Shown in pieces: positions 1-9,825 of a DNA stretch of 28,162 nucleotides. The DNA comes from Macrostomum lignano (lineage: Eukaryota). The stretch covers positions 1-28,162 of the forward strand of contig NIVC01005033.1 in the NCBI GenBank assembly GCA_002269645.1, given 5' to 3'. Every line of letters begins with the position of its first letter. Within the stretch, counting starts at the first letter, position 1. The translations under genes and the position numbers were made by a program. The notes below the pieces were generated by a model, which saw nothing but the letters and a program-made list of their open reading frames with translations, did not search any database and was not told the DNA's origin.

Positions 1-872
1 GCTTAGCCTGTAGGTCGAAGACGACCGCAGGCCCGCGAAAATCCGTTGCACTGCTGCACTCATGATCTGTGCGTCTCCTGGACTGAGAAACTTGCAGTAA
101 GCGAGCGCTGCACTCCGTTTGAGCAAGCGCTTTGAAAACTCGAGATTAAATTCGAATGGGTCAACTAGATACGGCCAAACTGTATGAGTTCAGAAGGGTG
201 CGCTAGGGGCTGAGGGCCAAGGGCCAAAGGTCAAATTTTGCTAGGCTAGGAGGTGGGCCTATACTTGCATTCTTCTGAGGCGTTGGCGGGGCCAGTGCAC
301 GCAGTGGGTGTAACAATGAGTTGCGTTTGCCAGGTATAAACGCAGTCCCTGTACGTTCGGGCTAATTTTGTGGAAAGGAAGAAGTGCGCCCAGAATGCTA
401 ACTTGGCCCGGACCAACCAACCACCTTCCACACTATCAATGGAATAGAAACATGCCCCTGCCATAAGTGTACACTAATATGCCAGGGGTGTTGCTGGCTT
501 CAATTAGGGCAGTGAGCCTAATAGCTTGTGCGACATCACGTGGCACATTTATAATCACCGGCCTGCACTCTTATTAGCCTGCCCTGCAGGCAGGGTACTT
601 TAAATTTCTTACAGCGAGAAATATGCACTTTTGAAAGCTGAGAGGCTGAATGAAATTTTGCTCAACGCAATTAATCGAAAAATGTAGTTCCCATAAGCTG
701 GAATTGATACAGTATAACACTGCACTCAGTTCGAGAATCTTGATTTGTCTATGGCCTGCCCTCTCGAGCTGATTCCAACTCTTTGTCAAAGAATTTATTC
801 TAGATCTTGTAAATAAATTACTATAAAGTACTCTAGATTAATACTTATCAGCTAATGATCAGCATTTTGTCT

Positions 873-914
873 CAAGGACCACTAGGAACACTTCGTATAG
901 TCTAGTAGTCCTTG
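873..914. repeat. 13-bp-stem inverted repeat, copy 1 (CAAGGACCACTAG-N16-CTAGTAGTCCTTG)
   Basis: The arms are reverse complements with one mismatch. The same arms recur at 5439-5481. Confidence 0.75.
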
Positions 915-1096
915 GTTTGTCTATGGCCCGCAAGGCGAGTTTAGAATGTCTATGGCCTGACGGCCAGTACAGTCAGTCGTAGGAGGGTCAGCTAAAAACA
1001 GATCTTAACAAGTGCGACAGAAGCCAGCTGCTCAAATCCCAAAGTGTCTCTGAATTGAAACTGATTTTTCCGAGTCTTACTTGAACAAACAAAACA

Positions 1097-1317
1097 ATGG
1101 CTCAGCTCCAGCTCCTTATGCTGCTCATCGCCATCATCGCGTTGCTAAGTGAGTAATCATTTCTTTGAATTTCATAATTTCTCATTCAATCATCAGCCTC
1201 ATTGTCTAACGCGCGATTTGTCCGTCTGCAGTTCCAGGTCTCGCCGAAGGCTGCTTTGAGCGCAGCATCAACAGACTGGATCAAGACGAGGATTTCAGAA
1301 AGAAGCGATCAGTATGA
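1097..1317 (+). CDS. Small secreted prepropeptide, 45 aa (exons 1097-1148, 1232-1317): MAQLQLLMLLIAIIALLIPGLAEG-CFERSINRLDQDEDF-RKKR-SV
   Basis: Hand translation. GTGAGT donor at 1149, CTAAC branch point at ~1206, CTGCAG acceptor ending 1231, phase-1 junction in frame. Hydrophobic signal peptide ending A-E-G, an RKKR polybasic site, TGA at 1315-1317 and AATAAA at 1434-1439. Confidence 0.7.
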
Positions 1318-2155
1318 GCGAGCCGTGTCTGCGGTCCATTGACTATGAAGACGATTGATGAATTTCAATTGTTTTTTCGAGTTCTTTATTTGTTTCTTTA
1401 AGCTTCCTGTTTAGCCAGTCTATTATTCATCCAAATAAAATATTGAATATTAGAAAGTTGAGTCAAAAATGGTTGGCCATAAGCGCATATGTTTCTTTGA
1501 CGCCTTTGAGCTACGAAAATTGTTGATGGGGAAGCGAGAGCTCGGCTTTTGCTGGAAAGTTGTTTTTGCCAGTTTTTCGTGTCCGCAAGCCCAACGAATC
1601 CTGCATCGATTTTTCATCAATCCACCCAAACACGAAGGTCGCTCTTGCTACTTAAAGTAGCAAACACTGCAAGGCCAATCGAAAAGTAAAAGAACAAATG
1701 CAGCACAAGGCAAGAGAGGCCAGTTTTCGGTCTCTGATGAACTGCAGGGAAATGAAAAAGAAACTTTCTGTGAAAAAGCAACAGTTACAAAAAAATATCG
1801 GCATCTTAAGAGTTGCAGCAAATGAAGGCTGACTTTTTACCTCTGCCAGCTCAGTCTCAGCTGTACTGCTCTGATGGATCTGCTCGGATAATCAAAAATC
1901 TATTCCCTACTTCCTTTCCTGGAATCTGGGTGTCATGGATACGAATCAATAAAAAACTGTAGACAAACAACCACTGCTCTGCTATCTAAACGGTTAGGGT
2001 TACATTAAAATTCATACTCTGCCAAAACTTTTTTCTAATAAAAAATGGAATGTCTTGCATTTCATTTGAAAGATTTCATCATAGGCAGTGCCCGCCACGG
2101 GAAGGCTCTCAAGTTTCCCCTGGAGCGGCAACGGGAATGAGTTTCTATTTATTTT

Positions 2156-3510
2156 GAGAACTGCACAATCTCACTAGAAATCTCTTTGAAAACTACAAAA
2201 ACCCACTAGAAATCTCTATGAGAACTGCACAATCTCACTAGAAATCTTAATGAGAACTGCACAATCTCACTAGAAATCTCTTTGAAAACTACACAATCTC
2301 ACTAGAAATCTCTATGAGAACTACACAATCTCATTGGAAAATCTCTATGAGAACTACACAATCTCACTAGAAATCTCTATGAGAACTACTGCACAATCTC
2401 ACTAGAAATCTCTTTGAAAACTACACAATCTCACTAGAGATCTCTATGAGAACTACACAATCTCACTAGAAATCTCTTTGAAAACTACACAATCTCACTA
2501 GAAATCTCTATGAGAACTACACAATCTCATTGGAAAATCTCTATGAGAACTACACAATCTCACTAGAAATCTCTATGAGAACTACTGCACAATCTCACTA
2601 GAAATCTTAATGAGAACTGCACAATCTCACTAGAAATCTCTATGAGAACTGCACAATCTCACTAGAAATCTCTTTGAAAACTACACAATCTCACTAGAAA
2701 TCTCTATGATAACTACTGCACAATCTCACTAGAAATCTTAATGAGAACTGCACAATCTCACTAGAAATCTTAATGAGAACTGCACAATCTCACTAGAAAT
2801 CTTAATGAGAACTGCACAATCTCACTAGAAATCTCTTTGAAAACTACACAATCTCACTAGAAATCTCTATGAGAACTGCACAATCTCAGTAGAAATCTCT
2901 TTGAAAACTACACAATCTCACTAGAGATCTCTATGAGAACTACACAATCTCACTAGAAATCTCTTTGAAAACTACACAATCTCACTAGAGATCTCTATGA
3001 GAACTACACAATCTCACTAGAAATCTCTATGAGAACTGCACAATCTCACTAGAAATCTTAATGAGAACTGCACAATCTCACTAGAAATCTTAATGAGAAC
3101 TGCACAATCTCACTAGAAATCTCTATGAGAGCTACACAATCTCACTAGAAATCTCTATGAGAACTGCACAATCTCACTAGAAATCTCTATGAGAACTGCA
3201 CAATCTCAGTAGAAATCTCTATGAGAGCTACACAATCTCACTAGAAATCTCTATGAGAACTACACAATCTCACTAGAAAATCTCTATGAGAGCTACACAA
3301 TCTCACTAGAAATCTCTATGAGAACTGCACAATCTCACTAGAAATCTCTATGAGAATCACACAATCTCACTAGAAATCTCTATGAGAACTACACAATCTC
3401 ACTAGAAATCTCTATGAGAACTACACAATCTCACTAGAAAATCTCTATGAGAACTACACAATCTCACTAGAAATCTCTATGAGAACCACACAATCTCACT
3501 AGAAATCTCT
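2156..3510 (+). repeat. Minisatellite, 32-bp unit GAGAACTRCACAATCTCACTAGAAATCTCTAT, about 42 copies
   Basis: Directly visible tandem array with a few recurring variants of 32-35 bp and no spacers. Confidence 0.97.
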
Positions 3511-3648
3511 GGTCGCAAATCCGAGTGCGCGAGAGATTCCAGCTTACAACCCAGCGCTGCGCCTGATTGGATCTTAGGCTATTCAGCCATTTCAGCCACC
3601 CCTCCAGCAAGTCGCAGTCAGAGTGGCCCAGAGATATGCGTCGCTCTT

Positions 3649-3654
3649 TATAAA
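3649..3654 (+). promoter_or_regulatory. Candidate TATA box of the lectin gene
   Basis: TATAAA about 100 nt upstream of ATG 3756. Positional inference only. Confidence 0.35.
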
Positions 3655-3755
3655 CACAGGAGCTTGCAAGAGGACTGTCGTGAATGCCCTGGTGGAGCCC
3701 CGTTGCAATAAGTCAGACATTTAAATTTCAACAAGTCAGATCGAGGAACTCCAGA

Positions 3756-4514
3756 ATGCTGCTGCACGCCCTGCTGCTGCTGTGGGCGGCGCCTCCGCAG
3801 CTGCTGTCCGAGTCCTGCAGCTCCCCCAGAGCCGCCTTCCACCCAACCACTGGCCTGGACTGCGTGAGCTCCGACTTCACTCGGACACTGTCCGGTCTGT
3901 GCTCACCGCTCGAGTGCAGCCACGCCTGCGCCAACAAGCGAAGCTGCCAGGCCTTCACGGTGAGGAGCAGCGGTGCCTGCCAGTGCAGGCTGTTCGAGTT
4001 CGACAAGTGCAGCCACCGCGTGCAGTCGGTGCCGAACTGCACCAACCAGGTGACTGTGTATGTGAGGTCTCTGCCTGGCGTGCCTCCGGGCCACCTGTGC
4101 CCGCCCAAATACCGGCATGCCAGGTACGGCACCTCCTACAAGCTGGTCACCGCGGGTGCTGCCACCTGGAGCGCTGCCAGCCAGAGCTGCAGCTCGGATC
4201 CCGGACTGTCCAAGTTCGCTGACGCAATCGACCTGGACGAAGCCGAGTACCTGCAGCTGCTGCAGCACCGAATCGCCAGCTCCAGCAGCTTCTTCATCGG
4301 CGGGCGCGCTGAGCAGCCCAGAAACAAATCGAACTGGTTCTGGACGGCCTGCCAGCTGCCCGTTGACCCGACCGTCTGGCACTCCGGGGAGCCGAATACT
4401 GACGCACCGTCTGCCTGCGCCAGCCTCTACAGCGGTTTTTCGTCCGGTGGCCAGGACGATACACACTGCGATGCGGTCCATGGATTCGTCTGCGAGTGCC
4501 AGTCCGTGTTCTGA
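3756..4514 (+). CDS. Intronless secreted PAN/Apple-like + C-type lectin domain protein (~252 aa; an upstream in-frame ATG lies at 3684)
   Basis: Signal-like MLLHALLLLWAA. Cys-rich PAN-like block (CSPLECSHACANKRSCQAFTV...CQCRLF). CTLD motifs TWSAASQSC, FFIGG, WFW, WHSGEPN and DTHCDAVHGFVCE. Confidence 0.9.
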   Translation: MLLHALLLLWAAPPQLLSESCSSPRAAFHPTTGLDCVSSDFTRTLSGLCSPLECSHACANKRSCQAFTVRSSGACQCRLFEFDKCSHRVQSVPNCTNQVTVYVRSLPGVPPGHLCPPKYRHARYGTSYKLVTAGAATWSAASQSCSSDPGLSKFADAIDLDEAEYLQLLQHRIASSSSFFIGGRAEQPRNKSNWFWTACQLPVDPTVWHSGEPNTDAPSACASLYSGFSSGGQDDTHCDAVHGFVCECQSVF

Positions 4515-4824
4515 AGTGATAGCTAATAATGTCTTGTCGTTTTGTTCTGTGCACTTGTGGTATTCTGCTGCATCGTCATTGTTATCGTGACAGAGTTGTT
4601 ATAGGATGCAGAAGATGCAATATCGTTATGTCGACTCACTTCGCTTTTGTCCTTCTACAAGCCTGTGGAGGCACAGGGTTAAGGCTGAGAATGAGAATAG
4701 CCGCTCGAATTGCTTTTTCAACGCAAAAGCTTTCAGATTTCACTGGTAGAACTGCCTGTCTCTTTACTGAATTGAGATTCAACTGCAGACGAATTTCTAC
4801 TTCAAAGCACGCATCAGTGAGCTC

Positions 4825-4933
4825 GTTGCAATCAAGCTGTGTTGAAAAACCTTTGTTGCAACCAAGCTGTGTTGAGAAAACATTGTTGCTTTGTTCAAAA
4901 ACCATTGTTGCAACCAAGCCCTGTTGAAAACCA
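4825..4933 (+). repeat. Short degenerate tandem repeat, ~30-bp unit GTTGCAACCAAGCTGTGTTGAAAAACCTTT, about 3.5 copies
   Basis: Directly visible repeated unit. Confidence 0.75.
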
Positions 4934-5438
4934 TAATAAAAGCATGAGCAGTCAGCTGTCACTGGCAAAAAAGCATGTGTTCCAGATGTTTTCATCGTTT
5001 TTCAATTTGATGAAAATAGAATTTGTGAGGCGTATGGTGAGAGTACCTCCAAAAGTAACCTGTTCGCGTGGGTCTGCAGTACCGTATCTGTGTAGCGGAT
5101 CGAGACTCAAAAGTTAGCTAGCTGGATGTGGCATTGTCACTTCTTTGTTTTTCCATAACCCTCAAGTAATAACGTTTTATGGCGCATTGGAGAAGTTAGA
5201 AACGGACATGGTACCACTTTCGATCATGCAGGTGACTGAACATTATACTCGTCCGAGTATCAAGTTGTTATGTCTACTGTTATCGGTACGCTCGTAGTTG
5301 AAGCGCCCTACGCTGGACATTCCTGGACTTTATCAAACAGACTTGGGTGACAAATCCGGGCAATAAAAGGATTTATGATCATACGCTCGTATAACAAATC
5401 AGTGTAGTGAAAAATTCATTGAAGACACGACTAGAAAC

Positions 5439-5481
5439 CAAGGACCACTAGGAACTCTTCTTTCAAGTCTAGTAGTCCTTG
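5439..5481. repeat. 13-bp-stem inverted repeat, copy 2 (CAAGGACCACTAG-N17-CTAGTAGTCCTTG)
   Basis: Arms identical to 873-914, with a divergent loop. Confidence 0.75.
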
Positions 5482-6034
5482 CTAGAAACACAGGCGCAGG
5501 TCCGGGTCCCTTCCGGAGCGTTTTTAAGCTCCATTCTAGAGCCCTAGTGAGAAACGGATCGGATGTGTCGTTGTTTCTATCTATAAACAGTATATACATG
5601 TACAGACTGCATGTGTATTGAAATCCTATTTACTTTTTTACTCGCTTTTTGAACTTCTGAAAGGCAAATGAAGGCATGAACAGGTTGATATGACAAAAAA
5701 CAGGAATGCAACAGAATGGCTAAAAATCTGAATTCAAGTAAACTTGCCGACCAACCATCCAGTCGCAGACAAGCGTCACTACATACATGTATGCTCTCAG
5801 AAGTATTAAAAAACGGAAATACTTCTTCCGTTTAGAAAAAAAACAAATTCAATGAAACTTCAAAGAGAGGTGTCTATATTTCGGATGCTAAAGTCCTGCA
5901 GTAAGAGCGCGGAGGTAAGGTAAAAGCAGAATACACCGTTTCTTAGTGAGGCACCACTAAGATAATCTCACTGCATCACCGTCGCATCCATGGATTCCAG
6001 TCGTTATTTTTTTGCTTGTCTTGGCAGTCCGCTT

Positions 6035-6519
6035 GACTTACTTGACTTAGCTGCAGGGGGCTTCGCGCGTCCGGAAACAGCGAGGAGGCGTTGCCGCCCA
6101 TTTCGCTAGCCCCTGGCGACCACGGGCAGCTAGTGCTGCGGTGTCGCGCAGGGAGTTCCGGTGGTGCCGGCGTCCGCAGCGCGGTCCCCCTCCGGAGTGT
6201 CCAGGAGGTGGATGTTCGCTCGCCCAGTAGCCCTTAGGTAGCGGACGAACTGGCAGAGATTCTCGGGCCTGAAAACGTCGGAGAGGTCCGGGTTTGGGCC
6301 GAGGTAGGTGAGCCTGTCCTGAGTAAAGGCGGGGCATTCACAGATGAAGTGCTCCGCATTCTCGACACCGGAGAGGCAGAAAGGGCATTCCTCACTGCGG
6401 ATTTTCTCCTGGAGGTAACGATGCCTGGCAAAGCAGCCATGACCCGAGAGGGCCATGGTCACCGCCCTGATGTCCCTGCGGTTAAGTCCAAGCAGGGCCC
6501 TGCGTAGGGCGGAGGAGGG
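6035..6519 (-). mobile_element. 5'-truncated non-LTR retrotransposon (LINE, I/R1/Loa-like ORF2 C-terminus)
   Basis: Encodes ...LNRRDIRAVTMALSGHGCFARH...ECPFC...ENAEHFICECPAF..R, the C-terminal CCHC knuckle region of ORF2. Short tandem tail (TAAGTCAAG)x2 on the minus strand at 6032-6049. Flanked by a 13-bp direct repeat TGGCAGTCCGCTT at 6022-6034 and 6520-6532. Confidence 0.88.
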
Positions 6520-7269
6520 TGGCAGTCCGCTTAGTTCTTCAGAAGCTTCTAGAGTTCGTTTTTTAGCTCGGAAGACCAATGATCGCGTCGGTTCGGTTTG
6601 TGACTGCTGCCTCTCATGGAATGGACTATTCAAAACATTTAGCAAGTTTTACAAGACCGCTATATTACGGACAGACGTAAAATCCGCGTAAGTTTTCCGC
6701 GTTCACAGATCTTCTGGATAGAGACTACCGACAAACGGAACTACTAAGGTAACACTTCAAGGAATTGACTGAATTGGGTCTACTTGGGCCTTAAAAAAAC
6801 AACTGAGCACGTGTTGCATGTAACGAGCGAACCTCTATCGCTCCATCGATGAAAACCTGTGTGTACTTGTGTGATAGTATATGTTAAATATCGAATATAG
6901 GATAGTGGAGATTGAGTGTGAATGGAGTTTAATCATCGGTGAAAGTGCACAGCAGAAGATGCTTCCATGCAGCGAATGACCCGTGTATTATGACCGTAAA
7001 TGAGTTTTTAATTGCGCTCATTTATAGATTGAACTGCTTGGCGTTACTGTATTTTAGGCGACGCTGGATATTTATTTAGGTGTCATTGTAAAATTTTTAG
7101 CTTTTCTCAGCTCGTTTCCAGTCTAGATGAGTTCACGGAGCTCCTACGAGTACTTTAGCCTTATCAGTCATCAAGGGATTCTAATTCTAATGGGAATTGT
7201 CAGCAGTCAGTTTGCAGCTCCTGGTTAACATAGGTAATGCTCCTGTCAGAGAAATCTATTGAGCAGCCG

Positions 7270-8743
7270 TCAATGACCAATGCAATCGGCGAATAGGGTG
7301 AGCAGTCTCAGTCGAACCCAGCCGTGCTCACTGCCTACACTGGCAGCAGCTACTGTGGAGCAGTTGCTTCCGCCACAGAAGGAGCCACCGCCGCCTCCGG
7401 CATGCTGCGGACTCACTCCAGCTCCACCTCCGCAGTAGCCGCCGCCGCCGCCGCCCGCCCCAGTCGAAGAAGCTCCTCCGCCCCCACCGAATCCGCCATG
7501 GCCAGCGCTGCCGGCTCCGGCGCTGCCGCCGATCCAGCCTGCAGTGCGGCCGCTTCCTCCCTCGCCTTGTTTCTCATCGGTTCTCCCTCAAGAAGCGCTG
7601 TCCATCCAGCCAGCTCCGCAGCCACCTGCGTCCTGAGAGCTATTAGCCGGACCATTGCTTCCTGGGTTGCCGCCAGCTCCTCCAGATCCCCTTTTGTCGT
7701 TGTCATTGCCAATCGAATCGCCTCCTTGGATGTTAATCTCCGTTCCACCTAAAACAAATTCGATCTTATTGGATTTCAGCTGTAAACTTAGCAGCGTCTT
7801 GTCGAAATAAAATTTACCTTGGTTGAAGCGCGAGGCGCCTCCGCCTCCGCCCGCCGCGATCAGAAGCTCGCTGTTGTCACTCCGGTACGCGAAGCTGCCT
7901 CCACCTCCGCCAGCTCCTGAGTTTTTATCGTTGACCGAGCCTCCAGACTGGCCAACCACAATGACCAGCTGGGTGCCGGCGCTCAGGTTGAAGCTGCCAG
8001 CAGTGAAGGCGCCGACGCCTCCGAGCTTGGACTCGAAGGAATTCGCTCCACCATTCGCTCCCGCGGCTTCGATGCGATAGCAGCCTGTCAGGATGATTTC
8101 CATCGTCTGGATTGAACCGTTTCTTCCCGTGCTGCTGTCTGCAACCATCGGGTTCGAGCTTATGTTTAATTACTATTTAAAGCTTATCAAGATCGATGGC
8201 ACACTTGCATCCGCTCATTACTCACTCGAGAAAGTCCTGGTGAATGCAGACGCGTTCAGAGCTCTAGACTGGATCAGCTCACGCAGATCCTTCGCAGTCC
8301 ACGTCCGAGCTCCGGGCTCCGACCCGAGCAGTCTCTTCACGTGGCTCTCCGGAGATCCAGGGACCTGAGACGCGTCATTCACGATGGCGAGTTGGCAGAC
8401 GCTGTCCGTCTCGATGACAACGGCCACCGCGCAGTGGCGCATTCGGCACAACATCAGGCAGCTGGGCACAGAAGCGACACCCGTGATGTTATGAGCTTGC
8501 TGCTGGTGGTTGCGTTAAGGAGAAGGGCGCCGTCATGGGGTAGGTAGTTCACGCTGCAGGCTGCAAGGTGCAGTTAAATCAATAAGCCTCGACGTTAATC
8601 ATGAAATTAATGTCATTAAAAAGCTTGACTGCATGCATATTGCAATCCAAAAAATAACCTTGTCCGACTCCAATCAGCAAAGGTTGAATCGCAAGCACCA
8701 GCCATAACACTGCGACCATTTTTCCGTCTGTCAGATATGCCAT
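7270..8743 (-). pseudogene. Secreted PAN-like + ALK/LTK-type glycine-rich-domain gene, apparently disrupted (exons ~8743-8659, 8560-8222, 8158-7818, 7748-7270)
   Basis: Signal peptide MVAVLWLVLAIQPLLIGVGQ. PAN-like SCLMLCRMRHC...VCQL. GRD hallmarks TGCYRIEAAGANGG, LVIVVGQSGG, GGGGGSF, LLIAAGGGGG, GGFGGGGG, GGGGGYCGG and GWVRL. In-frame TGA at 7588-7590 and a frame change between ~8460 and 8514. Two donor sites are weak. Confidence 0.7.
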
Positions 8744-9319
8744 GGACTCGTGATGCAGCAATCGTGTGTTTTGCAGAGGTTTTCGGAGCGGGGCTGTCTC
8801 TCGCTTCGAGGCCTACTCTTAATATACTTGTATTAAAGAAGGTCTGTGATTGATGTCACTAATGATTCTGTAGCCAGTTGAATGAGGGCAGAAGTTCAAT
8901 CTGCTAAAATGCTCATATACGAGTGTGACTGGTGACATGTGACTTGAGGTGACTTGATGTGGCATGTAAACTCAAAAATGCTTATATTCAAAGACGACAT
9001 ATGAATTCACAAAAATGAATTCATTCTAGTCGGCGCGAACTATTTGCAAATAAGAACCTCATCCTTACAATTGAGAAGACCCTTCAACTGAGATGACAGA
9101 TCACATCAGGTCACCTAGCCTGAGTTCAAGCTGAATTCGAAGTACGAAAATCGCATATATACACTACATCGTTGAAACTTAAATTGTGTACCAGCGACTA
9201 TGTTTGACATGTTGTATTTTATATTAAGTACTATAAAAGTTGAAAGGTTTAACATGCTGTCAGTATCGCTCCTGTCTCCTATCGCGCTATCTATCTATCT
9301 GCTTCGTGGCTTGCTGAGC

Positions 9320-9825
9320 CAGGGAGTCAGGGACTATACTTAAACTAGGGACGGGAAACTGGCCAAAAACTGGCTTGAAAAAAGTTGGCTGGCTAGAGTT
9401 TGTTTCGTCTTCAGCTACGCTCGTCATTCATTATATCAGGCTCTATCAGTCATCAGACAGACTAAAGCCAAGCCTTCGTTGCATGCTCATGCAATTGATA
9501 CACAAGTGTTATAGTGATGCGTTTTATACCATATAGACAACAAGCCGTCTGACTGCAGATTTTTTTAGGCATTCTCTATACAAAACACTGTGAAAAAATG
9601 GGGTTCTGTGTACAAAAAAGCTCACACTGCTCCTCTCAGAATGAAGATTGACAAACATCGAGTAGTGCAGTGCAGCTTGTAGAGGGATAAATTTTGTACA
9701 GGAAGGCGAAGTAAACAGCTTTCTACGCTCAATAATAAATTCTAGGGAGTAATAGAAAAAACCAGCCTCCAACTATTTTCTGCATGATTTGGCCAGTTTC
9801 TCGTCCCTAGTTTAAGTAGTCCCTG
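9320..9825. mobile_element. Non-autonomous TIR element (MITE), ~500 bp
   Basis: TIRs of ~38-40 bp at 9328-9367 and 9788-9825 (CAGGGACTA[TA]CTTAAACTAGGGACGRGAAACTGGCCAAA). CTGAGC direct repeat at 9314-9319 and 9826-9831. No coding capacity. Confidence 0.8.

Noticed and set aside
1725-1775. CTGATGA...GAAA hammerhead-like core
   Set aside because: No convincing stems I-III could be formed.
2156-3510. CRISPR-like appearance of the ~32-bp repeats
   Set aside because: Units are head to tail with no unique spacers, there are no cas genes, and the context is eukaryotic.
3728-4590. Overlapping alternative-frame and antisense ORFs on the lectin gene (also on the GRD, CHMP4, channel and caveolin exons)
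   Set aside because: Expected shadows of GC3-rich coding sequence, with no domain signal.
5215-5260. IMQVTEHYTRPS resembling a tyrosine-recombinase (Crypton) C-terminal motif
   Set aside because: The spacing is about 8 residues short and there are no supporting upstream motifs or long ORF.
7090-7180. Possible SECIS (ATGA-N11-AAA...TGA on the minus strand) that would make the TGA at 7588 selenocysteine
   Set aside because: Helix II pairs for only about 4 bp, and the TGA is not at a redox-Cys-like position.
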